A stretch of DNA of 32,000 nt from Idiomarina loihiensis L2TR (GTDB lineage: Bacteria; Pseudomonadota; Gammaproteobacteria; Enterobacterales; Alteromonadaceae), in contig NC_006512.1 of NCBI RefSeq assembly GCF_000008465.1, positions 2,100,001 through 2,132,000 of the forward strand, written 5' to 3'. The first letter of the stretch is position 1. Each line of letters opens with the position of its first letter. Positions 19,021 to 26,121 of the stretch are shown here, one piece after another. The notes under the pieces are model-generated. The model worked only from the letters and a program-made list of their open reading frames with translations, did not search any database and was not told the DNA's origin. Both the position numbers and the translations under genes were made by a program.

Positions 19021-21006
19021 TTAACGACGATAGCCTGTTAATAGTTCTGGCCAGTCACGGGACTCCTTCCAATAGAAGGTTTCATTCTTCTCTTTTTCTT
19101 TGCGTAAAGAGCGCAGTAGCCGTTGGATATTAGCTTCTTTCCAGTCACCGTTTTCACGGAAGTCGCACTTGTCAAAATCGACAATCCAGGCTTTGTCTTT
19201 GTCATCCAGCATAAGGTTGTGACAATTTAAATCTGAATGGTAGACACCGGTATCATGCAATTCTTTAATGACGCTTCCCAACTTTTGCCATAGCTCCGCG
19301 GATAGTTTCTTTTCACGCAGTAAGCGAAAAACATCGACAGCCCCCGGAATAACTTCCACCAATATGTCTGCTTTGTAACTAAAAACTGCTGTTTTTTCCA
19401 TACGAGCGGCTACCGGACGCGGAACGGGCAAACCAATTTCCCGCAGCTTTAGCAGCAAATCAAATTCATGAATTGCCCGGCTTTTTTCCGCCGGCTCACG
19501 TAAAAAACGATCTTTATTAATTTTACCAACTAAACCACCACGATAGTAATGCCGCAGTAAAAGTCCCAAATCGCCTTGCTGAATAAACCAGACTGTTGCG
19601 CGTCCCGTTGAGTTTCCTGCAATCGACTTCTGCTGCTGCCAATACTGGGCTGTAAAATGCTTGTCTTCTATCGTTTCAAAAATATCGCTGTCGTAGCGAA
19701 TAAGCCCTTGGGGACTCTGCTCTGTTTTTATCATACCGCTTCCTGTCAGAGTATATTCCAGTGCCCGCTTTAATACTCTTAACGTAGCACCCTGGTGCGT
19801 TTGTAAAACGCTTTTAGCAGCTTCATGTTGCGCTTTCATGACAGCTGTCTGCTGCATCAACTCCACAGCTTGTTTAATTTCTCCGGCATTATTAACCCAC
19901 TGCACGGCACCGGCTTTTGCCAGCTCACCATAAACTTGTGGGAAATTGAACACGTGCCGCCCTGACATAACATTGGAGCCAGCTGCTATAACTTCAAGGG
20001 GGTTATGCCCGCCTCGCTCAATAATACTTCCGCCGACAAAGCTCGCCGAGGCTAATTGCCCCCAAAGCATCATTTCGCCCATGCTGTCAGCAAGAAAGAC
20101 ATCACAATCTTCAGGTATCGCATTACTCTCGCTTCTGCGGGCAAGCTTAAGCCCGGACTCCCGTATCATTTTTGCTACCACCTCAAATTGCTCAGGGTGT
20201 CGCGGGGCAATGATAAGACAGGAATTGGATAAGTCCTGTTGAATCAGTTTATGTGCCTCTAACAGCAGCTCATGCTCGCCCGGATGACTGCTACTGGCAA
20301 GCCACACATGTCGCGACGCACAGCTTTGCCGCCACAACAGAGCCTTCTCAATATCTGTGACAGAAAGCTCAATGTCGTATTTTAGGTTTCCGTCCACAAA
20401 AAGCACACTATCGGGGACACCTAAAACCTTCATTCTGCGCGCCGTTTCTTTATTCTGAACGGAAACCAGTGTCAGTTGTTTCCAGACCTTCTTCATCAAC
20501 CAATGAAAACGCCGATAACCTGCCGCTGAGCGAGCCGAAAGTCGCGCGTTTAACAATGCGACAGGAATATTCGCTTTGGAAAATTGGTTCAACATTTGCG
20601 GCCAAAGCTCGGTTTCCATTACCCACACGGCTTTAGGTTTAAACTTACGCACAAAACGCTTCGCGGCACCCGGACTATCTATCGGCCAGTAGCGACAACT
20701 AACAGTGTCGGCAAAATGCTGCTGGATAAGTTCCCGGGCCGTTGGTGTCATACAGGTAATGAGTATTTTTTGACCTGGCTCCTGACGCAAAAGCTGCTCG
20801 ATTAACCGTTTCGCCGCTAAGGTTTCACCAACGGAAACACTATGAATAACCAAACAGCCGTGCTGTTTTTTATCAACAGAGCCCAGCGCAAGCCGTTCTG
20901 ACCAGTTCTGACGGTAGCGACTGTCTTTTCCGCCGCGTAGCCACAACCAGACAAAAACGGCTGGAGTGACCAGCCGTATTAATACTCCGTAGATCCACAA
21001 TTGCAT
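19021..21006 (-). CDS. waaA: Fusion protein: 3-deoxy-D-manno-octulosonic acid (Kdo) transferase WaaA (N-terminal ~425 aa) + Kdo kinase KdkA (C-terminal ~237 aa)
   Basis: A single uninterrupted ORF. The WaaA part has an N-terminal anchor (MQLWIYGVLIRLVTPAVFVWLWLRGGKDSRYRQNW, compare E. coli ...LIWIRLWVRGRKAPAYRKRW), HSVSVGETLAAKRLIEQL, IIAPRHPEQF and ERGGHNPLE. The KdkA part, starting at the internal Met at nt 19734, has GRATVWFIQQ, LLRHYYRGGLVGK, HSDLNCHNLML and IVDFDKC. I prefer the ATG at 21006 by alignment with the WaaA N-terminus; the ORF extends to 21036. Confidence 0.85.
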   Translation of the reverse strand: MQLWIYGVLIRLVTPAVFVWLWLRGGKDSRYRQNWSERLALGSVDKKQHGCLVIHSVSVGETLAAKRLIEQLLRQEPGQKILITCMTPTARELIQQHFADTVSCRYWPIDSPGAAKRFVRKFKPKAVWVMETELWPQMLNQFSKANIPVALLNARLSARSAAGYRRFHWLMKKVWKQLTLVSVQNKETARRMKVLGVPDSVLFVDGNLKYDIELSVTDIEKALLWRQSCASRHVWLASSSHPGEHELLLEAHKLIQQDLSNSCLIIAPRHPEQFEVVAKMIRESGLKLARRSESNAIPEDCDVFLADSMGEMMLWGQLASASFVGGSIIERGGHNPLEVIAAGSNVMSGRHVFNFPQVYGELAKAGAVQWVNNAGEIKQAVELMQQTAVMKAQHEAAKSVLQTHQGATLRVLKRALEYTLTGSGMIKTEQSPQGLIRYDSDIFETIEDKHFTAQYWQQQKSIAGNSTGRATVWFIQQGDLGLLLRHYYRGGLVGKINKDRFLREPAEKSRAIHEFDLLLKLREIGLPVPRPVAARMEKTAVFSYKADILVEVIPGAVDVFRLLREKKLSAELWQKLGSVIKELHDTGVYHSDLNCHNLMLDDKDKAWIVDFDKCDFRENGDWKEANIQRLLRSLRKEKEKNETFYWKESRDWPELLTGYRR

Positions 21007-21011
21007 ATCAT

Positions 21012-21788
21012 TTAACGCCAGTATTCGGCTATCCACTTGGTTGGCAGAACCTTACGGTACCACTTGCCGCTTCGGCCTTCCAACGCATCATCCGGATGCG
21101 GCTTGCCGTGGAAAATAATAACTTTTGCTTCTTCCGGAATACGCGGTTCCTGAAAGAAGCTAAGTGGAAACGGACGCAGACAATGGCGCTTAAAGCTACG
21201 ACACCACTTTTCCGGCCAGTACGTCAGCTTGTTTTGGCGATCGACAAAATGGGTAATATATTCCTGCTCATTTCGTACGTCAGCGATAGCCGCTTTCGGA
21301 TCTTTTTTCAGATGCTCTAACGCGTCTTCATGAGCGCCAATATCAAAACGAAATACCGATGTATTCCCGGTAGCGTCAGATTTATCCCACTCTTTGATCA
21401 CCATAAACTCACCTTCCGGCTCAAAGAACTCGTCCAGACTACCAACAATAATAATATCCAGATCCAGGAATAAAGTCGGGCCTTCAAGATCATAAAGCGG
21501 GTTCGCAAAGCAGGTAAGCTTTAACCAGCCGTGACCTTTTGTCCACGGAACTTGTTCATCAAAGTCTTTAAAGCCAATTTTAGGAATAGCTTTTACTTCA
21601 ATGTCGTCATTGATACCCTCAAAGTCATCGGTGAAGCAGACAAAACGAAACGGTCTACTAAGATGGCGACTGACCATTGAATGCAATGTATTGACGTAAT
21701 CGGGGCCATATTTTTTACCCCATTTAATGCAAATGACATTGACCGTTTTTTGCTCTGATGAATTCTCGTTACCCGCTGCCTGGTTCAT
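21012..21788 (-). CDS. Uncharacterised putative glycosyltransferase (DxD-containing), co-operonic with waaA-kdkA
   Basis: 258 aa from the ATG at 21788, with AGGAG about 7 nt upstream. It ends 5 nt before the waaA start. The segment VICIKWGKKYGPDYVNTLHSMVSRHL..PFRFVCFTDD and the acidic motif LFLDLDIIIVGSLDEFF look like a GT-A type nucleotide-sugar transferase. I cannot name the family with certainty. Confidence 0.6.
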   Translation of the reverse strand: MNQAAGNENSSEQKTVNVICIKWGKKYGPDYVNTLHSMVSRHLSRPFRFVCFTDDFEGINDDIEVKAIPKIGFKDFDEQVPWTKGHGWLKLTCFANPLYDLEGPTLFLDLDIIIVGSLDEFFEPEGEFMVIKEWDKSDATGNTSVFRFDIGAHEDALEHLKKDPKAAIADVRNEQEYITHFVDRQNKLTYWPEKWCRSFKRHCLRPFPLSFFQEPRIPEEAKVIIFHGKPHPDDALEGRSGKWYRKVLPTKWIAEYWR

Positions 21789-21907
21789 AACTGCTCCTGA
21801 ATCTGAAACTACCGCGCATAATGCCATATTTTGGGGCATTTAGGTATGCCGATCTGAATCCCTGAATAGAACGTAATGAAGCTATCAACCCTAACTCCTC
21901 ACTGTTT

Positions 21908-23464
21908 ATGAAAATTCATACTCTACGACTCATACTTGGCGACCAACTCAATGCCAGACATTCGTGGTTCAGAGAAAAGGACGCGGGTGTACTTTATGTA
22001 ATGATGGAGCTCAAACAAGAAACTGATTACGTTGTTCACCATCGGCAAAAAGTATTAGCTTTTTTCGCAGCGATGCGGGCTTTCGGTAACGCTCTGAACA
22101 CTTCAGGACATCAGGTAAACTATATAAAACTTGATGATGATACTAATGAACAAAGCCTGACTCAGAACCTTCAGCAGTTAATGAAAAAGTACGAAGTGAC
22201 CACTCTGGAATGTCAGCAACCCGACGAATACCGGCTCGATCATCAACTGAAAAGCTGGGCCGGCGCCAATAACATTCATTTAAGCTGGTTTGATACAGAG
22301 CACTTTCTTACCGGCCGCAACTCGCTAAAAGAGTATTTCCCCAATAGCGAAAACTACTTAATGGAAACCTTCTACCGAAGGGTACGTAAGCAATACGATA
22401 TTCTAATGGATGGAGGACGTCCGACTGGTGGCCGCTGGAATTACGATAAAGAAAACCAGAAAAAGGTTCCCGCAAGTCATGACGTAGAACTGCCTTTAAT
22501 CTTCTCCAATGACGTATCAGATATAGATGAACTGCTGCGTAGCAGTGAAATTAAGACCATGGGACAAGCGAACGCGGCTCAACTGATATGGCCGGTTAAC
22601 CGAAAACAGTCTAAGCAGTTGCTTGAACATTTTTGTCAATTCGGACTCCCTGATTTTGGTCGTTATCAGGATACAATGGCAACAGAAAACAACGTTGGGA
22701 AGGCCCACTGGAGTCTTTATCATTCAAGGCTTTCATTTTCTCTAAACACCAAAATGCTGCATCCGTTAGAAGTGGTTAACGCTGCTATTGATGCCTGGTC
22801 GAAAAACAAAGACACCATTTCCCTAGCCCAAATTGAAGGCTTTTGTCGGCAAATTATTGGCTGGCGAGAGTTTGTTCGGGGTATTTACTGGGCGCATATG
22901 CCCGACTATAAAAATCTTAACGCACTTAACCACACCAGACCGCTACCGGAGTTTTACTGGACTGCCAATACCAAAATGGCATGTTTGCATTACGCCGTTA
23001 AGCAGTCGTTAGACTATGCCTACGCCCATCACATACAGCGGTTAATGGTAACCGGAAATTTCGCTCTGCTGGCCAGCGTATCACCGGACGCTTTGGATGA
23101 CTGGTATCTTGGTATTTATATTGATGCCATTGAGTGGGTAGAACTACCCAATACTTGCGGCATGAGTCAGTATGCCGACGGTGGGCTAATAGCAACCAAG
23201 CCCTACATTGCCAGTGCCAACTATATGCAAAAAATGGGGCACTATTGTAAAGAGTGCTATTATGATCCGAAGAAGAAAACCGGCGAAAAAGCCTGTCCTT
23301 TTAATAGCCTGTACTGGCATTTTATTGAACGTCATAAAGAACGCTTTAAAGACAATCACAGAATGAGCATGATGTATCAGGTCTGGAATAAAAAAACCGA
23401 AGAAGAACAGCAGGCGTTAATGAAACAAGCCGAAACTTATTTAGATAATATCAACGAGTTATAA
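21908..23464 (+). CDS. FeS-BCP class cryptochrome/photolyase family protein (PhrB/CryB-like; probable (6-4) photolyase)
   Basis: 518 aa. The N-terminus LRLILGDQLN is typical of 'deoxyribodipyrimidine photolyase-related' (COG3046) proteins. Four Cys at residues 359/447/450/463 give the spacing C-x87-C-x2-C-x12-C. That equals the spacing of the 4Fe-4S ligands of A. tumefaciens PhrB as I recall them (350/438/441/454). Also present: GW.EF.RG.YW and H.QRLMV.GNF. Confidence 0.82.
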   Translation: MKIHTLRLILGDQLNARHSWFREKDAGVLYVMMELKQETDYVVHHRQKVLAFFAAMRAFGNALNTSGHQVNYIKLDDDTNEQSLTQNLQQLMKKYEVTTLECQQPDEYRLDHQLKSWAGANNIHLSWFDTEHFLTGRNSLKEYFPNSENYLMETFYRRVRKQYDILMDGGRPTGGRWNYDKENQKKVPASHDVELPLIFSNDVSDIDELLRSSEIKTMGQANAAQLIWPVNRKQSKQLLEHFCQFGLPDFGRYQDTMATENNVGKAHWSLYHSRLSFSLNTKMLHPLEVVNAAIDAWSKNKDTISLAQIEGFCRQIIGWREFVRGIYWAHMPDYKNLNALNHTRPLPEFYWTANTKMACLHYAVKQSLDYAYAHHIQRLMVTGNFALLASVSPDALDDWYLGIYIDAIEWVELPNTCGMSQYADGGLIATKPYIASANYMQKMGHYCKECYYDPKKKTGEKACPFNSLYWHFIERHKERFKDNHRMSMMYQVWNKKTEEEQQALMKQAETYLDNINEL

Positions 23465-23475
23465 AAGGAAGCACA

Positions 23476-24012
23476 ATGAAAAAATGGATGGTGTCATTAC
23501 TTTTTACCTTTCTACTGAGTGCCTGTAACTCTCAACCAACACCGGTAGCCGAAGTTGTTGACGACTTTGAAGCCGAGCGTTACCTGGGAAAATGGTACGA
23601 AATAGTCCGCATGCCACACAGCTTTGAAGAAGGCTTGCAGGGTGTTACGGCAGAGTATCGCTTAAATGGTGATGGCACACTGGAAGTGACCAACCGGGGT
23701 TATCACACCCAAAATGAAGAATGGCAAACCGCTATTGGATTGGCTGAGCCAGTCGAAAACATGGAGGCCGCATATCAGGTCACCTTCTTCTGGCCCTTTT
23801 ATGGCGGATATTACGTAAGTTGGTTAGGTGGTGATTATCAGCAGGCTATAGTAACCAGCGACTCACACGAGTATTTCTGGTTTTTATCCAGAAGTCCTGA
23901 TGTTTCTCAGGCAGATATTGATTACGCTTTAGCCAAGGCTCATGAGTGGGGATATGACATCGACCAGATGATCATTGTTGATCATCCGGCCGAGTTAAGA
24001 GACGCTAATTAA
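23476..24012 (+). CDS. blc: Bacterial lipocalin Blc (outer-membrane lipoprotein)
   Basis: 178 aa with a lipobox (FLLSAC). The lipocalin signature F....YLGKWYEI.R.P..FE.G is present, followed by a later Y.V....DY..A.V......Y.W.LSR segment. An AAGGAAG RBS lies upstream. It starts 11 nt after the photolyase gene, so they probably form an operon. Confidence 0.88.
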   Translation: MKKWMVSLLFTFLLSACNSQPTPVAEVVDDFEAERYLGKWYEIVRMPHSFEEGLQGVTAEYRLNGDGTLEVTNRGYHTQNEEWQTAIGLAEPVENMEAAYQVTFFWPFYGGYYVSWLGGDYQQAIVTSDSHEYFWFLSRSPDVSQADIDYALAKAHEWGYDIDQMIIVDHPAELRDAN

Positions 24013-25793
24013 CTAAAACGACGCGCAGCACCCTTACCGGAGTTGCGCTTAGGTCCGCCACGAGCATCGCGGTCACGCGGTGGGCGTGGCGCACGTTTAA
24101 CTTGCTCATCACTTAGCTCAAGACCCATAGGCTGTTGACGCACACGAGCTTTTTTCAGTACGTGCATAATGTCTTTTGGCATACCTTTTGGTAGCTGCAC
24201 TAAAGAATGATTATCAAACAACTGAATTTGCCCAATATACTTGCTGTCCATTGATGCTTCGTTAGCAATAGCACCAACGATGTCACCAGGACGAGCGCCG
24301 TGCTCACGGCCTACCTGAATTTTGTAGGTTTCAAAATCGACATCCGCTGCACGACCACCACGTTCGGCACGAGGTTTACGCTTATCGCCACGGTCACTGC
24401 GTTCATTGCGACCTGAGCGTTCGCTACGCTCGTTGCGTGCTTCACGTACCGGACGGTCTTCTTTCAGGAACAACGGGCGCTGCTCATTATGCTGAGCCAA
24501 TAACGCTAAAGCAATTTCTTCAGCACTTAACTCTGACTGTTCCAGCCACTCGCCTAACAGTTTCTCTAGCTTAGGCTTATCGGCGCTTGCAGTTTCAGGA
24601 GCCAGTGACGCCTGCAACTTCTCTAACAATTGTTGCTGACGGTACTTGCTCAGTTCATTTGCGTTTGGTACTTCAAAGAACTCAACCGGTGCATTGGTTA
24701 AGCGCTCATAGTGACGCAACAAATGACGTTCTTTTGCACGGAAGAAAAGAATCGCTTCACCGGTACGGCCCGCACGACCAGTACGTCCAATACGGTGAAC
24801 ATAAGATTCAGTATCGCTTGGTAAGTCATAGTTAATAACGTGCGTAATTTCAGGAACGTCTAAGCCACGAGCAACAACGTCGGTCCCTACCAGAATTTCG
24901 ATGTGTCCACTACGTAACTGACTGACAGTCTGCTCACGCTGAGCCTGGTTCAAGTCACCGCTTAATGGCGCCGCTTTAAATCCGTTGCGTTGCAATAATT
25001 CAGCCACATCCATCGTATCCTGACGGGTACGTACGAAAATCAGTGCGCGCTGATACGGAGTCACTTCTAACAATCGAGTCAGAGCGGTCATTTTCGTCAT
25101 GCCCTGAACTTTCCATGCTTTCTGCTTAATCGTCGCTTTTTCGCGGGCAATAGCTTCAATCTGAATGTTCAGCGGATCTTTCAGGAAAGTTTTTGCCAGT
25201 TTGCGAATTGCATTCGGCATAGTTGCTGAGAATAACGCGCGTTGCGCCGTATTCGGTACAGCTTTTAGAATCGTCTCGATGTCTTCAATGAAACCCATGT
25301 TAAGCATTTCATCAGCTTCATCCAGAACGCCCACTTTCAAACCATCTAGTTGCAGGACGTTTTTATTCAATAAGTCGATAAGACGACCCGGGGTACCAAC
25401 AACAATAGCGGTTCCCTGCTTCAGGGCTTTAACCTGAGGACCAAATGGAGCGCCACCGTAAACGGTTGCTACGCCAACGCCACGCATTTTCGCAGCAAAG
25501 CCTTCAAGCGCTTCAGCTACCTGAATAGCCAGCTCACGAGTTGGAGTTACGACTAATACTTGAGTTTGCTTAACCGACGCATCAATTTTTGCCAGTGCAG
25601 GCAGACCGAATGCAGCAGTTTTACCGGTACCGGTCTGAGCTTCGCCCAGCACGTCTTGCCCTTCCAGCAATGCAGGAATAGCCTGTAGCTGAATAGGAGT
25701 CGGAGTTAAAAACTGCATTGCGTTTAATTGTTCAAGCACAGCACTAGGTAAGGCCATGTCGTTAAACGACAGACCCGTTTGAGTATTTGACAT
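24009..25793 (-). CDS. deaD: Cold-shock DEAD-box ATP-dependent RNA helicase DeaD/CsdA
   Basis: 594 aa with the Q-motif (F..L.L......L..MQF..PTPIQ), AQTGTGKTAAF, PTRELA, DEADEML, SAT, and ARGLD/HRIGRTGRAG. It has a DbpA-like RNA-binding C-terminal domain and an Arg/Glu/Ser-rich tail, as in DeaD. Confidence 0.93.
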   Translation of the reverse strand: MSNTQTGLSFNDMALPSAVLEQLNAMQFLTPTPIQLQAIPALLEGQDVLGEAQTGTGKTAAFGLPALAKIDASVKQTQVLVVTPTRELAIQVAEALEGFAAKMRGVGVATVYGGAPFGPQVKALKQGTAIVVGTPGRLIDLLNKNVLQLDGLKVGVLDEADEMLNMGFIEDIETILKAVPNTAQRALFSATMPNAIRKLAKTFLKDPLNIQIEAIAREKATIKQKAWKVQGMTKMTALTRLLEVTPYQRALIFVRTRQDTMDVAELLQRNGFKAAPLSGDLNQAQREQTVSQLRSGHIEILVGTDVVARGLDVPEITHVINYDLPSDTESYVHRIGRTGRAGRTGEAILFFRAKERHLLRHYERLTNAPVEFFEVPNANELSKYRQQQLLEKLQASLAPETASADKPKLEKLLGEWLEQSELSAEEIALALLAQHNEQRPLFLKEDRPVREARNERSERSGRNERSDRGDKRKPRAERGGRAADVDFETYKIQVGREHGARPGDIVGAIANEASMDSKYIGQIQLFDNHSLVQLPKGMPKDIMHVLKKARVRQQPMGLELSDEQVKRAPRPPRDRDARGGPKRNSGKGAARRFS

Positions 25794-25968
25794 ATTTGTC
25801 TCACTTTATTCCCGTTTGCCCATTGGCAAACACAATAAAAAAGGGGTTATGGCCCGGCAACAGGAATCAGTGTTCAGTCTCTAAACTGTCTGGACTGGAA
25901 TCAGGCGCTGCAACCCCACGAATCAAGGGTGACCGCTGCCTCATCAGTTATGCGGTGTTCCTTGAGGA
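25794..25968 (-). promoter_or_regulatory. Long 5' untranslated leader of deaD (cold-shock-type leader, predicted)
   Basis: About 175 nt lie between the predicted TSS and the ATG at 25793. The leader contains several hairpins. One (GTTCC-TCAA-GGAAC) sits at its 5' end. Another (GTTTGCC-AATG-GGCAAAC, plus-strand 25813-25830) sits about 20 nt upstream of the start codon. E. coli deaD/csdA is known to have a long structured leader. Confidence 0.45.
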
Positions 25969-25975
25969 ACGGCGG

Positions 25976-26003
25976 ATTATACGTTTTTTTACTCAAAAAG
26001 CAA
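25976..26003 (-). promoter_or_regulatory. Candidate sigma70 promoter of deaD
   Basis: On the minus strand the sequence reads TTGCTT (-35, 26003-25998), a 16-nt spacer, then a perfect TATAAT (-10, 25981-25976). The predicted TSS is near 25968, about 175 nt upstream of the deaD ATG. Confidence 0.5.
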
Positions 26004-26121
26004 TGCCTTTGACCTTTTTTTCACCAAACGCATCTATTTCCGTCAAAATAATCGAAAAAGTTGAACCATTTCTTTTTATATTGCCTACATTATTAGAGTT
26101 ATTCTCAAATTTGGAGGAATT

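Noticed and set aside
24355-24450. Short imperfect CGTTC/GCGTTC-type repeats, checked for CRISPR-like or tandem-repeat structure
   Set aside because: They encode the Arg/Glu/Ser-rich (ERSERSGRNERSDRG) tail typical of DeaD. There is no spacer-repeat periodicity.
25951-25990. Plus-strand hairpin (GGTGTTCC-TTGA-GGAACGGC) followed by a T7 run, considered as the terminator of a plus-strand sRNA
   Set aside because: The T-run is 8 nt away from an imperfect stem. The same bases are better explained on the minus strand as the spacer of the deaD promoter and the 5' hairpin of its leader.
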